A stretch of DNA of 50,038 nucleotides from a virus (lineage: Duplodnaviria > Caudoviricetes), in IMG/VR virus record IMGVR_UViG_3300029309_000068, positions 1-50,038 of that record. The stretch is one strand, 5' to 3'. Below, in pieces: positions 29,089-39,038 of the stretch. The notes under the pieces are model-generated. The model made no database searches. It saw nothing but the letters and a program-made list of their open reading frames with translations, and was not told the origin of the DNA. Within the stretch, counting starts at the first letter, position 1. Each line of letters opens with the position of its first letter. The position numbers and the translations under genes are program-made.

Positions 29089-29280
29089 CTACACCTCCTG
29101 TGGTATCTCTGTGCAGTAAGCAAATACATTAGAGTTAGGCGATGGTCTAGTGTCCATAAGATCATTACGGATAATTGAAGCATTTCTTTTACAATCTTCT
29201 AAAGTAGAATAAACTGTATTTACTGCTTGTACTTGTACATAACCACTTCCGATAGAAAGTATGAACACTAAGACATACAT
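29089..29280 (-). CDS. Small two-cysteine protein (family copy A)
   Basis: MYVLVF...VYSTLEDC...AYC; coupled to the upstream ORF. Confidence 0.7.
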   Translation of the reverse strand: MYVLVFILSIGSGYVQVQAVNTVYSTLEDCKRNASIIRNDLMDTRPSPNSNVFAYCTEIPQEV

Positions 29281-29462
29281 TATTCTGACTCTACAGGGAT
29301 AGGATCGTCAGTAGTTATATCTTTAATAACGTCTACACTTTTCTCATAAACAACTACACCTGTTTCCCAAGTGGCTTTAGCTACAGGTTTAGCTACATTA
29401 TCGTAAGTGCCTACTGCTGTTAAAAGATAAACTACAGGTACTAATAAATTAAATAACAACAT
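29280..29462 (-). CDS. Small membrane-anchored protein
   Basis: Hydrophobic N-terminus, SD AAGGAG and its own promoter. Confidence 0.65.
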   Translation of the reverse strand: MLLFNLLVPVVYLLTAVGTYDNVAKPVAKATWETGVVVYEKSVDVIKDITTDDPIPVESE

Positions 29463-29489
29463 AATTAACTCCTTTTATTACTTATAAAA

Positions 29490-29518
29490 ATTATAACATA
29501 GCGATTATACTATGTCTA
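29490..29518 (-). promoter_or_regulatory. Sigma70-like promoter TAGACA-N17-TATAAT
   Basis: Read directly on the - strand upstream of 29462. Confidence 0.65.
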
Positions 29519-29960
29519 CTATTTGTGCTTCTTGATATGGGATATGATAAAATGTTTCACCTTTTGGTATCCTGTAAGTAGGACCAGTAGCTTCTTTAAT
29601 AATAGCATCTACCATTTGTGTACCCTGTATCTTCCAAGCTTTATTGTAATGTTTGTTAAAAACATAAAAGTATAAGTTCTCCAACTGATCTTTGTATTTC
29701 TCTATAAGTCTCCTCTTTCTCCCTGGTATTCGTATCTCTGACCAATACGTAGGCCACTCCTCTTTCCACTGTGCTTTTCTTTCAGCTTCGTGAAAGTAAG
29801 TAACACCATCTTTTTCTGATACAACATCAGCATAGTAATCTTCTTTCTTGCTGACAATTGTATGTCCTTCTGATTGTAAATACTTAATCAAAGCTTCCTT
29901 AGATGGTCCGTCTACTTTGTCGTAAACTTCTTTTTGGAATGGCCTAGTATATACTTTCAT
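29505..29960 (-). CDS. Putative PD-(D/E)XK-fold protein
   Basis: AD-x11-EAERK motif in a 151-aa ORF. Confidence 0.5.
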   Translation of the reverse strand: MKVYTRPFQKEVYDKVDGPSKEALIKYLQSEGHTIVSKKEDYYADVVSEKDGVTYFHEAERKAQWKEEWPTYWSEIRIPGRKRRLIEKYKDQLENLYFYVFNKHYNKAWKIQGTQMVDAIIKEATGPTYRIPKGETFYHIPYQEAQIVDIV

Positions 29961-29963
29961 TAA

Positions 29964-31862
29964 TTATGCCCCTATATCCACCACTTCACATACGCCACCA
30001 GTACAAGCCATAGACTGCGTAGCAACTGTATTATCCTCTTGTTCATACTCACTAAGCTTGGACCAGTCAATAGACTTTGGCATTATAGCTGAAAGCTTTT
30101 TGTAATCATCTTTCGTACAATCTTGATAAGGAGCTTGCTGATAAGTGTGATCTGAGTGTGGCAAAAATGATACACCTGACATTTCATCAAAGTGTTTATA
30201 AACAAATGCACCTACTTCCATCCATTCATCAGAACGAACTGTCACTGTTACAGAAGGTTTATGCTCACACCAGTGTCTTTGATAGGTTAGCCATGTCTCC
30301 AACTGTTCAATGGCTGACATATCGTTACGAGTTACAGCTTTATTGGGTGACTTCTGTGGGAAGCTAAACACTGTAGTGGTATCAGGCTTCATCACACAAG
30401 GTGAGTTAGGTATGCCTTGGTCTTTCATCATTTGTGTAAGTGGGTCTTTATTGTCACCACGCACAGTTCTAATGTAATGTAATGCATGACGTGCATGTAT
30501 ACCAGATGCTGAGTCAACTAATTGTGATACTGTTCCGCTTGGCTTGACACAGGTAATTGCTGCACTTGGTGCAATGCCAAGGCGGTTAGCACAATCACTA
30601 TTAGTACGAACAGCAGTTTGTCGTAAATGCTCAAGAGTCTTCTCCAATCCTTTGTTTGCTGATGTCATAAGAGGGTTGTCCATTATTCCTGTGAGTGACA
30701 CACCCAACAGACGCTCCTCTTCTGTGTTGGTTGTCCACACCTTACGCAAGTATGGAAACTTGGTGTATGTGGATTGAATTGTACCAAGAATAGTAGCGAG
30801 TTCCACTTTTCTTTCAAGGTCATCCACAGTATCTGTAGCCCTAACCACCACTTCAGTAAGATTACAAAACTGATTTGGTCGTAGTATAATTTCACTACAT
30901 GGGTTAGTTCCAAACTCATGGTTAGGATCACGTCTTCCATACTTCTCAGCTTGTTTCTTGGACGCTTCACGATTAAATATACCCCTCTCCCCTGACTTGC
31001 TTTCTACTAAAGCTAACCACTCACGCATAAACGTTTCTGAATCTGGCTTCTCTGTATATGAAACACTGTTATTAGCTAACGCTCTATGGGCAGCTTCGTT
31101 CCACCACTGCCCTGACTTAGCGTGACGCATCCTATCATCACTGAGGTTAGACAAACTAATCATAGCACTACGTCTAACACCACCAACAACAACTATCTGA
31201 CCAATGAAACACATTAGGTCATGGCACTCTAAACTAGAAAGCTTACGCCCTTGAGCATCCTTGAATGTCTTTACTGCAAAGTTGAATAGCTCCACAAGAG
31301 GCGCAGGTCCACTAGCTCTACCACCAAATGTTTTTAGCCTTGCACCTGCAGGGCGTACTCTGCTAACATCCCACTGAGGAATCTCTCCTGCCCACAAGAG
31401 TGCCAATACTTGTCTGAACGCTTTAGCCCACCCCTCCTTGCTGTCCTTTACCACAACGGTAGTATCACTCTCGAAGAGTTCAGGAACTTCGGGAAGCTTG
31501 CTAATGAATTGTCTCTCGACACTGAATCCGACACCAGTGCCACAGAGGAGGATGTACATAGCTTCATCAAAGGACTTTGGGTCATCTACGGTTAAGTAGC
31601 TACAGTTATATCCTGCAGTGTTGTCTCTCTCAAGTGCTGCTCCTGCTGTCATCATAGCTCTCATGCTAGGCATGATTTCTAAGTTAAGTATAGCAAACAT
31701 TAATTCATCTTTAGTATCTACATCTACTTTATTACCTACAACATTTTCCATATAACGATCTACAGTTTCAGACCAAGACTCTCTGCCTTTACCATCAATG
31801 TATTTAGCGTAACGTGACTTGTGTATAAAACTTTGGTAGTCGGTTGGTAAGTAGTTATTCAT
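29964..31862 (-). CDS. nrdJ: Class II (adenosylcobalamin-dependent) ribonucleotide reductase
   Basis: YNC, GGVRRSA, TNPCSEI, FCNLTE, VKPSGT and C-terminal CTGGVC; no nrdB gene in the window. Confidence 0.93.
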   Translation of the reverse strand: MNNYLPTDYQSFIHKSRYAKYIDGKGRESWSETVDRYMENVVGNKVDVDTKDELMFAILNLEIMPSMRAMMTAGAALERDNTAGYNCSYLTVDDPKSFDEAMYILLCGTGVGFSVERQFISKLPEVPELFESDTTVVVKDSKEGWAKAFRQVLALLWAGEIPQWDVSRVRPAGARLKTFGGRASGPAPLVELFNFAVKTFKDAQGRKLSSLECHDLMCFIGQIVVVGGVRRSAMISLSNLSDDRMRHAKSGQWWNEAAHRALANNSVSYTEKPDSETFMREWLALVESKSGERGIFNREASKKQAEKYGRRDPNHEFGTNPCSEIILRPNQFCNLTEVVVRATDTVDDLERKVELATILGTIQSTYTKFPYLRKVWTTNTEEERLLGVSLTGIMDNPLMTSANKGLEKTLEHLRQTAVRTNSDCANRLGIAPSAAITCVKPSGTVSQLVDSASGIHARHALHYIRTVRGDNKDPLTQMMKDQGIPNSPCVMKPDTTTVFSFPQKSPNKAVTRNDMSAIEQLETWLTYQRHWCEHKPSVTVTVRSDEWMEVGAFVYKHFDEMSGVSFLPHSDHTYQQAPYQDCTKDDYKKLSAIMPKSIDWSKLSEYEQEDNTVATQSMACTGGVCEVVDIGA

Positions 31863-32019
31863 GTTTCTTCACCTCTATCTTTCTAATTACTGCACCATCA
31901 ATATCATAAATAATATCTTGGAATAACTCAGTAACTGCCTCCTCGTGCATCTCTGCCACTATTGGTAGTATACGTTCTTCCTCGTCTATTTCTATTGTTA
32001 GTTTAATGTTGAACTTCAT
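31855..32019 (-). CDS. Small acidic protein not in the ORF track (54 aa)
   Basis: MKFNIKLTIEIDEEE...KKHE fills the gap and overlaps both neighbours. Confidence 0.7.
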   Translation of the reverse strand: MKFNIKLTIEIDEEERILPIVAEMHEEAVTELFQDIIYDIDGAVIRKIEVKKHE

Positions 32020-32372
32020 CTCTTATCGCCACTGCCCTTTATGGTTCCTCTCTCCATACGACTGTGAAGTTTATCTAAGTTACACCTGGCTATATATCCC
32101 ATGTCAAAGTTTAGGTCACGACATAAAGCTGCAATGTACCACAGGCAGTCACCCACCTCTGCAGCTACATCTTCTCTGTTAAACTTTCCATCCCTTAACA
32201 TCTTCTTTACTTTGTTGGCTACTTCACCTGCTTCACCTGCGAGTCCTAACGCAGGGTAAACTATCTTGTGTTCATCAGGATATATGGCAGTCTTACGTGC
32301 CTCTATCTGATAATCACCGAATGTCATTTCATACATATCTTTCCAAGCATTTATGTCATCTGCTGTTATCAT
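32016..32372 (-). CDS. mazG: MazG-like nucleotide pyrophosphohydrolase
   Basis: LGLAGEAGEV, EVGDCLWY and GSGDKR motifs; start at 32372 overlaps the upstream stop (32390 is an alternative). Confidence 0.88.
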   Translation of the reverse strand: MITADDINAWKDMYEMTFGDYQIEARKTAIYPDEHKIVYPALGLAGEAGEVANKVKKMLRDGKFNREDVAAEVGDCLWYIAALCRDLNFDMGYIARCNLDKLHSRMERGTIKGSGDKR

Positions 32373-32635
32373 TTGTGCATCTCCATCCAACGTTTTTCTA
32401 GTCTGTCAAGATACCATTTTGCTTTTCTTATATCTTCTAATCCATTCTTATACTCATGCCGCCACAAATACTTTAACACATTAGCAGCGTGTGGCGCTGT
32501 AGCTCCTGACATATTCTCTGTCATTGCTTCTATAGCTTCGATGCATTCTATACCACTGTGATTGTAGTGTACTGGATTGTTTACTTGATCATGATCTAAA
32601 GTTGTATCACCAGTTAGTGTTATTGTATCTATCAT
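32369..32635 (-). CDS. DUF3310 / T7 gp1.7-like nucleotide kinase family protein
   Basis: VNNPVHY, ECIEAI, NVLKYLWR and KNGLEDIRKAKWYL. Confidence 0.82.
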   Translation of the reverse strand: MIDTITLTGDTTLDHDQVNNPVHYNHSGIECIEAIEAMTENMSGATAPHAANVLKYLWRHEYKNGLEDIRKAKWYLDRLEKRWMEMHK

Positions 32636-32967
32636 GCGCTTCCCTTTGTCTTTGTCCACTTGTTAAGTGTATATACATTACCCTCTCTTGTTACAACAGG
32701 TTTTTCATCCTCTGCATCCATAGCTACAAGATAATCTCTGTGCTCTTTGACTAGCTGATAAATATCTGGATGTTCATTTGCTATATCTAAAAATGCTGAC
32801 ATCATAGTTGCTACATCTACTATACCGTTGATGATAGGATCAGGTAAGTTATGCTCAGGTGATATTGCTATAGACACATTTGTTTCACCCTCCCAACTAC
32901 CATCATCCTTGTAGTCTACTGGGCTTATAACTATTGCTATTTCATCATTGTCTAAGTCGTGACCCAT
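32632..32967 (-). CDS. Hypothetical protein
   Basis: 111-aa ORF coupled to its neighbours. Confidence 0.7.
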   Translation of the reverse strand: MGHDLDNDEIAIVISPVDYKDDGSWEGETNVSIAISPEHNLPDPIINGIVDVATMMSAFLDIANEHPDIYQLVKEHRDYLVAMDAEDEKPVVTREGNVYTLNKWTKTKGSA

Positions 32968-33386
32968 TAGTCTTTCCTTTTTGTTTTTAATTCTATCTTC
33001 TTAACTGTAATCTCTTTACCTTTTTCTTTCAGCCAATCTTCAGGTATCACACGATTAGCCCACCGAAACTTATATCGCTCACACCAATGACAATACCTAG
33101 ACTTAGCACCCTTATATAGCTTGGCGTTTGCGTTACTGAAAACAAACCGTATGTCTAGCTCAGGATGCTGTCTCTGTATCTCACGATGCTTACGTCTGTC
33201 GGCACTATCAAAGATACCTTTAGTCTCAATAATGATACCATTGTCTAAAATAAAATCAGGAGTGTAAGTACGGTAACGTAGATCCTCCCATTCTATCTTG
33301 AGCACTTCATATCTAACTTTTGTTTGTTTCTTCCTTAGATAAGAAGCGATATTTTTTTCTAGGCCACTACGATATTTTATAGCCAT
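32967..33386 (-). CDS. Endonuclease I (T7 gp3-like Holliday junction resolvase)
   Basis: YRSGLE, YTPDF, IIETKG, DRRKH and DIRFVF. Confidence 0.92.
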   Translation of the reverse strand: MAIKYRSGLEKNIASYLRKKQTKVRYEVLKIEWEDLRYRTYTPDFILDNGIIIETKGIFDSADRRKHREIQRQHPELDIRFVFSNANAKLYKGAKSRYCHWCERYKFRWANRVIPEDWLKEKGKEITVKKIELKTKRKD

Positions 33387-34147
33387 TTAGGTAAATCAAT
33401 AACGCTGTAGTTACCCCACCCTGTTCCATAATCTAAAGAAAGATCAGCGAAAGCTATTTGATCTAGTGTGTCATGCATACGCTTCTTAGCGTTATTCAAC
33501 AGGTCTGAACTGACTACATGCATGTGTGAAACATAAGGACTAGATTTTTCACAAGCTATAAAAGAAAACTCTTTGACTTCAATACCTGCTAATTCTATTA
33601 CGTATTTGTAAAACGCTGCCTGAATATCGTATGCGTATTTAAAACACTCTTTAGAAAAACCTGAAGGAGAAGCATCTATGGTTGTTTTAACATCATAGAC
33701 TGCACCCTCTTCGGTTATCATAAGGTCTGGTCTTGTCTTTAATTCTAGTCCTGATCTAGGACATCTTTCAAAAATACTAACTTCGTTAACTCTATCTTTG
33801 TGTCTTAGTGCTTTACCACATTTGTTATTTTCCAAAGCAGACTTAGCCATCTTGTGTGCCATATAATATTCTGCTTCACTAAGAAGAATCTGATCTTCCT
33901 GTAATTCTTTTTCTAGCTCTTTAAAAGCTTTAGATGTTTTAGTTTTTGGACCCTTTACAACTAGGTCTTTATCTTCTTCTAAGAGTAATGCATGAACTGC
34001 ACTACCTAAATTAAAAGCTGACGATTGTTTTTGTTTTTGCCCTCTCCAGTGTGCTAGTGATTTTTTATATACTGTCTTGACTGCCGAAGAAGAGATACCA
34101 CTCATTGAATGATACCTCGTATTCGATAAGTCTTTGATTACACCCAT
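33377..34147 (-). CDS. Exonuclease VIII / RecE-like PD-(D/E)XK nuclease
   Basis: YH..GISSS, GSAVHALLLE, KTRPD, DVKTT and YDIQAAFY. Confidence 0.85.
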   Translation of the reverse strand: MGVIKDLSNTRYHSMSGISSSAVKTVYKKSLAHWRGQKQKQSSAFNLGSAVHALLLEEDKDLVVKGPKTKTSKAFKELEKELQEDQILLSEAEYYMAHKMAKSALENNKCGKALRHKDRVNEVSIFERCPRSGLELKTRPDLMITEEGAVYDVKTTIDASPSGFSKECFKYAYDIQAAFYKYVIELAGIEVKEFSFIACEKSSPYVSHMHVVSSDLLNNAKKRMHDTLDQIAFADLSLDYGTGWGNYSVIDLPKWL

Positions 34148-35016
34148 TAGTCTGCCTCTTCTACGTTGACAAACTCAGCAACGATAGCAGCATCATCATC
34201 AGAGATAGTCTCCTTATTCTTTTCATCCCACTGTTCTAAGATGTAAGAATTTTGCGTAGTAATGTAAGCTAAGAACTTATGTAGAGTATCTTGATCTTCA
34301 GGTTGTAACTCTACCTTGTCACCTACATCTAGACTCATAACGGCAAAGCTATTACCTGTTTTAGAATCAACTGCATTGGCACTTAATTTTAACATGCACT
34401 GAATAGGTAATACGTTCTTACGTCCAAGTGCATTTACTGTTAAGTCTAAAGGTTTTATACTTGAAGGTGGTACTTCAAAAGAGAAAGGCATATTAGTAAT
34501 ATCATCTACTGGATTACCTGCTTCATCAGTAACACCTGATGCAGTAAACTCACCAAAGAGAATCTTCTTACGTTTGATGCTACGAATCAAATCCTTTGTC
34601 TTCTCAGGTACGCTATCCCAATCTTCAATGTAACCTGATGGTCTGCCAAGATTAAATGTACCAACGTTATCTTTGAGGTCACCTTTTAGATCATTAGCCA
34701 TGACTGTCTTCATCATCATCTCTTCTTTGGCATCCCACTTTGACCACTGCTGTCGGATTGCAAAAATACGTATGGTAGGACTAGTTGCGTAGACAACATC
34801 ATCTTCACCTCTTGTAATCTTGTATGCACCTGCAGGTACAACCTCAGTCTTGATAGGCTTACCGTTAACTTCAATCTCACCCATGATACCTGTGTGCATC
34901 AAGTTGACTCTAGCTAAAATGGAACTCTTTCTTTCTCCACCGCTTTGAGGATTTACACCTACTGCCTCTGCGAGAGACATACCTAAATCATTTTGTATTG
35001 CTAGTTCTGTATTCAT
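34147..35016 (-). CDS. Putative ssDNA-binding / annealing protein
   Basis: 289 aa with an acidic C-terminus, between polymerase and exonuclease, with its own promoter. Function is inferred from position. Confidence 0.5.
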   Translation of the reverse strand: MNTELAIQNDLGMSLAEAVGVNPQSGGERKSSILARVNLMHTGIMGEIEVNGKPIKTEVVPAGAYKITRGEDDVVYATSPTIRIFAIRQQWSKWDAKEEMMMKTVMANDLKGDLKDNVGTFNLGRPSGYIEDWDSVPEKTKDLIRSIKRKKILFGEFTASGVTDEAGNPVDDITNMPFSFEVPPSSIKPLDLTVNALGRKNVLPIQCMLKLSANAVDSKTGNSFAVMSLDVGDKVELQPEDQDTLHKFLAYITTQNSYILEQWDEKNKETISDDDAAIVAEFVNVEEAD

Positions 35017-35052
35017 TTATTTTTTTCACTTCCTTGAAAGTTAAAGATGGTT

Positions 35053-35081
35053 AGTTATACTCTAAACATCAATTGTGTCAA
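35053..35081 (-). promoter_or_regulatory. Putative promoter TTGACA-N16-TATAACT
   Basis: Overlaps the 3' end of the polymerase gene and matches the recurrent motif. Confidence 0.7.
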
Positions 35082-37110
35082 GCCAATTCTTACCAATTTT
35101 GGCTTCTAATAATAGAGGCACATTCATTTCTACATCGTATGCGTCTTTTATAACACAGTTTAGATTAGAGTTGATAGTCTCAACAATAGTCAAGACTTTT
35201 TTTACTTCGTCAGGGTGTACATCTATCACCATAGAATCATGTACAGTGTTGACTAAGCATGATTGTAGAGGCTCAAGCAATCGCTCAAACTCTAGTAGTA
35301 CCACAGGTACGATGTCACCTGTAGCAAATCCTTGGACAGGATAATTCTTTATCATAGTAAAGTGTGACACACTACCATTACTCCTACGAGTTACATCAGG
35401 GAATGCGTACTGTCTGCCACTTACATTGGTGATCTTTAGAAACCTCATGGCTTCATCACCTAATCTCTTGTGCCACTTAGCTACGCCTTTGTACTTCTGT
35501 GTAAAGTGTTCGTAGTATGCAGCTACAGCCTTTGGTCTACCATATCCAGTAGCGCCAAAGAGAGGGGCGAATGTATGCTCCTTTGCTGCCTGGCGCTGTG
35601 TAGGTTGCCCTGCATCACTGATAACCTTTGCCGTGTAGGAGTGTACATCAAATCCTGTATTGATCTCCTCCATTGCTGTGCTGTCCTGTGAGAGGAATGC
35701 AGCAACTCTAAACTCCAATTGAGCAAAGTCGCACTCACATATTTGTCCACCCTCCCATCGTGATACGAACACACGTTTTACTGGAAAGGTTCCTCCTCTT
35801 GGCATGTTTTGCATGTTGGGGTTTCGTCCAGAGAATCTACCTGTACTGGTAACACTTTGGGTAAGGTTGACGTGAAGGATTCCGTTGGGCTTGGTGAATA
35901 TGTCGATACCATCCACGAAGCTACTAAGGTAACTGCTGATAGCAGAGAGGCGCTTAAGATCAGTAAGAAAATCAAGAGCAGACTCCATACCGTTGCTTGT
36001 AGCGGTAGCCATAAGACTTTCAAGATTGCCTTTACTAGTGCTGAAGCCATTTGCGCTTATCCATTTCTTGCTTGGCGCAGAGAAACACAGCCCTGCTACT
36101 TGTTTTGTCTGTGTTAGAATGTAGCCTCTACCTTCACACTTCTTACATATGTTTGGTATCTTGTACAGCGTACCATCTTTTCTTGTCCTCCAAACTTTAC
36201 CACCGCCATTACAGTTAGTACAGGTGGATGCTTTAGTTTTTCTAATAATAGAACTGTTTGCATCTATGGCATCCCTAAACTCTTGTTGTGTTTCAGTGTA
36301 GTCAAACAAGTCAGCCCATTCTTTCTTGTTGTGTATACGTCTACTGAATATAACTTGAGATGCTTGCTCAGGACTGTTGAGGTTGATAGGTGTGTCACCC
36401 ATAAGATCACGAGTCTTGCGCTGCAGTCTGTCTTCTATCTCAGCTTTCTCTTTCTCAAACTCTATTCGGACTTGCTGAAGGGCGGTTCTGTCCACACGGA
36501 TTCCTGACATATACATTCTGGTGAGGGCTTTACAGGTGCGGAAGGTAATGTCTCTGACATTATGTAAGGACTCTGCTTCTGGCTTGGCGTAGTCTTGTTC
36601 CAAGGCAAGGAACAACTCACGAGTAATGTCGAGGTCACTCCTAAGATAAAAAAGAAGCTCTTGTAAAGGTATCTCATTGGTGTTGTATCCTTTCTTGTAA
36701 TACTCTTTGAGAGTGTCTTGCTTCTGATAGTTTAGATTCCTACGTTCAGCACAAGCCTCAAGACTTATAGGTTCTTTCTGCCCACGTTGCAGTAGATACT
36801 CAGCTAACATCGTGTCATAGATGTCACCATCATACTTAAATCCTGACTCCCATAGCCACATCAAGTCATGCTGTGCATTGTGCATGATCAATAGTGTTGT
36901 ATGATCTAGTAGGATCTGTATGTTTCTAGCTCTTGATCCACCTACGTCTTGATCTTCTTTGTGACTCAGTGTAAACAAGTGTGTCTCGTCTACGTTATCC
37001 ACATTCTGCACACCTACTTGAACAAGCTCAAGTCCAGGCTCGAATGGGTCAAGTATGTTTTTATTGTCTCTCTTAGTTATTGTATTTTCTACATCTAGTA
37101 CAAGTCTCAT
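35062..37110 (-). CDS. polA: Family A DNA polymerase with DnaJ-like zinc-finger insertion
   Basis: Exo motifs DVE and HNAQHD; pol motifs TGRFSG, DFAQLEFR, RQAAKEHTF and VHDS; CTNCNGGG and CKKCEGRG at 36124-36222. Confidence 0.96.
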   Translation of the reverse strand: MRLVLDVENTITKRDNKNILDPFEPGLELVQVGVQNVDNVDETHLFTLSHKEDQDVGGSRARNIQILLDHTTLLIMHNAQHDLMWLWESGFKYDGDIYDTMLAEYLLQRGQKEPISLEACAERRNLNYQKQDTLKEYYKKGYNTNEIPLQELLFYLRSDLDITRELFLALEQDYAKPEAESLHNVRDITFRTCKALTRMYMSGIRVDRTALQQVRIEFEKEKAEIEDRLQRKTRDLMGDTPINLNSPEQASQVIFSRRIHNKKEWADLFDYTETQQEFRDAIDANSSIIRKTKASTCTNCNGGGKVWRTRKDGTLYKIPNICKKCEGRGYILTQTKQVAGLCFSAPSKKWISANGFSTSKGNLESLMATATSNGMESALDFLTDLKRLSAISSYLSSFVDGIDIFTKPNGILHVNLTQSVTSTGRFSGRNPNMQNMPRGGTFPVKRVFVSRWEGGQICECDFAQLEFRVAAFLSQDSTAMEEINTGFDVHSYTAKVISDAGQPTQRQAAKEHTFAPLFGATGYGRPKAVAAYYEHFTQKYKGVAKWHKRLGDEAMRFLKITNVSGRQYAFPDVTRRSNGSVSHFTMIKNYPVQGFATGDIVPVVLLEFERLLEPLQSCLVNTVHDSMVIDVHPDEVKKVLTIVETINSNLNCVIKDAYDVEMNVPLLLEAKIGKNWLDTIDV

Positions 37111-38354
37111 GCTAAGTACTGACTCCTGTCTCCATCTAACTCACAGTGAATAGTACCATGCCATCCACCCTTGAGTTTGTTCTTTGCTATACAAAGATGT
37201 CTTTGATTTGTTTCATCTTCGTCTTGCCCCTCTACTACTTTGTTCTTTGATATGAGTATCATTAGATCAGCCTCTGCTGCTTTACCAGTACGGCTACCCT
37301 CAAGCATTGATTGATCAGGATGTACCAAACCTTCTGCTGCTGCACTCAACTGTGACATCCATATGATTGCACACTTGTGTTCCTTAGATATGTTACGTGC
37401 ATGTATGGCTGCTTCCTTGAGATAGATGTCTGACTTGTCACTTGTCTTGGACGCAAACTTGTCACCCATATCAAGCACTACAATGTCAGGCTCGTATGCC
37501 TTGATGATAGCTTCAACCCATGCCATGTCTTTACCTGTGCTGTCTTTGATAAAGACGTTCTTCTCCACTGGATCGTAACGTAGTGCAGCCACCGCCATGT
37601 TAGTCTTCACTTCATCCATGCTCATACTTGTAGCAGCACTAAGGTATCTTGCACCTACACGCTCATAGCTTTCTTCGTTACACAGCACCATGCATTTAGC
37701 ACCCTGTGATGCAAACCCATCAGGTGCAGCTATTGTGCTAGCATGAAAGCTAGTCTTACCTGTGTTAGGTCTAGCACCTACTACAACTAGGTGTCCTGCA
37801 CTTATGCCCTCTGTCCTACGTTTAAGTGTAGGTATGTTCCACTTCCATTGTGACTGTATGTCATTGGCTTTTAATAATGTATCGATACTTGTATCATCCC
37901 ACTCTACTTTTAGGTTGGGTAGGAAATCATCTTGGTAATTACTAAGTATATTTCTCAAGGGTTCAAGACTAGACTGTGATCCGTTAACGTAATCAAATCC
38001 AAGGTTAGCAATCTCTTCACCTACCACTTGTTGAAATAACTTAGACAACACATCATCAGCTATCTCTGTAGACAATGGCTTCTCTCTTGCAACCTTTTGA
38101 AACAACTCACTAAAGACTAGCTTGTTAGCTGTAGTCATACTGGTGTTGTTAACAAAGAATAGAGATTCTAACTCTGTGGGTGTAATGTTCTTACCGTATG
38201 TGTCCATAGCGTAGTCAAGAGTCTGCTTGATCTTACGTGCATCCTTACTGAATATCTTATCTGGACAGCGTATACCTTTGTGGTTATCGTAGAACTCTTT
38301 GTCCAACATAGTGCGGATCAATGCTAGTTCCATCATACTTGTCTCCTCTCTCAA
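37107..38354 (-). CDS. Replicative DNA helicase (DnaB / T7 gp4 family)
   Basis: Walker A GARPNTGKT, VVLD, SQLS, ADL and AKNK. True start may be 38336. Confidence 0.92.
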   Translation of the reverse strand: MREETSMMELALIRTMLDKEFYDNHKGIRCPDKIFSKDARKIKQTLDYAMDTYGKNITPTELESLFFVNNTSMTTANKLVFSELFQKVAREKPLSTEIADDVLSKLFQQVVGEEIANLGFDYVNGSQSSLEPLRNILSNYQDDFLPNLKVEWDDTSIDTLLKANDIQSQWKWNIPTLKRRTEGISAGHLVVVGARPNTGKTSFHASTIAAPDGFASQGAKCMVLCNEESYERVGARYLSAATSMSMDEVKTNMAVAALRYDPVEKNVFIKDSTGKDMAWVEAIIKAYEPDIVVLDMGDKFASKTSDKSDIYLKEAAIHARNISKEHKCAIIWMSQLSAAAEGLVHPDQSMLEGSRTGKAAEADLMILISKNKVVEGQDEDETNQRHLCIAKNKLKGGWHGTIHCELDGDRSQYLA

Positions 38355-38512
38355 TCAAAACTTGTCTCCTTGTTGTAAACCTTAGCCAACTCTTTATCAA
38401 AAGCTTTATCTGAGGCATACCTCTTACACGCCTCTAACACTTCGTCTACTGTTAAGTCAACGTATACTTTACCTAATGGTACACGTTTATCTATTATCGC
38501 TGTCTTCACCAT
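38351..38512 (-). CDS. Small protein not in the ORF track (53 aa)
   Basis: MVKTAIIDKRVPLG...ETSFD with SD AAGGAG. Confidence 0.65.
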   Translation of the reverse strand: MVKTAIIDKRVPLGKVYVDLTVDEVLEACKRYASDKAFDKELAKVYNKETSFD

Positions 38513-38681
38513 TTGTATCTCCTTGTATGCATGTAAGCCTTACTCCTACCCTACTTTCTGGTGTCATTGAATAGTACAACATATCATAGTTATTGAAACA
38601 TTGATACATATCATCATACGTTCCTATCTTCCTGACTTCTGGCTCACCATTGAACAACCATATGAATACTAACGTCCACAT
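38487..38681 (-). CDS. Small two-cysteine protein (family copy B)
   Basis: MWTLVF...GTYDDMYQC...LTC. Confidence 0.7.
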   Translation of the reverse strand: MWTLVFIWLFNGEPEVRKIGTYDDMYQCFNNYDMLYYSMTPESRVGVRLTCIQGDTNGEDSDNR

Positions 38682-38830
38682 CAGAACATCGGATTCATTA
38701 GGTCAAATCTTTCGTACCAACTGCTACCCTCTAAGGCTAACCACATCAGTACAGGCACACCTAGTATAAGGATTATACAAACTAGGAATGCCCATCCTAA
38801 ACCTTTTGTTGTACAGTAATGTTCAGCCAT
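38681..38830 (-). CDS. Single-TM peptide not in the ORF track (49 aa)
   Basis: MAEHYCTTKGLGWAFLVCIILILGVPVLMWLAL...; overlaps both neighbours. Confidence 0.65.
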   Translation of the reverse strand: MAEHYCTTKGLGWAFLVCIILILGVPVLMWLALEGSSWYERFDLMNPMF

Positions 38831-39038
38831 AGTTTTTCCTATACTTCTTAGGGAAGTGCTCTTTGTTCAGCCCTCTGCTAACTTGCTCTGCTGCCCACGA
38901 GTAGTTCACATTCCAGTGTCTCGCTGCATCAGCTATACTCTTGAAGTCTTTACCGTGTAGCCTGCAAGCCCTGCCTCTCTGCTTTTGCGTTGGCTCTACC
39001 TTGATACGGATATGGCATGGTACATTCTTTGGTTGCAT
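38823..39038 (-). CDS. Small basic HTH (NUMOD1-like) DNA-binding protein
   Basis: GKDFKSIADAARHWNV pattern. Confidence 0.6.
   Translation of the reverse strand: MQPKNVPCHIRIKVEPTQKQRGRACRLHGKDFKSIADAARHWNVNYSWAAEQVSRGLNKEHFPKKYRKNYG

Noticed and set aside
29964-32390. nrdJ and mazG as novel auxiliary genes
   Set aside because: Both are common, already described genes in marine alphaproteobacterial podoviruses.
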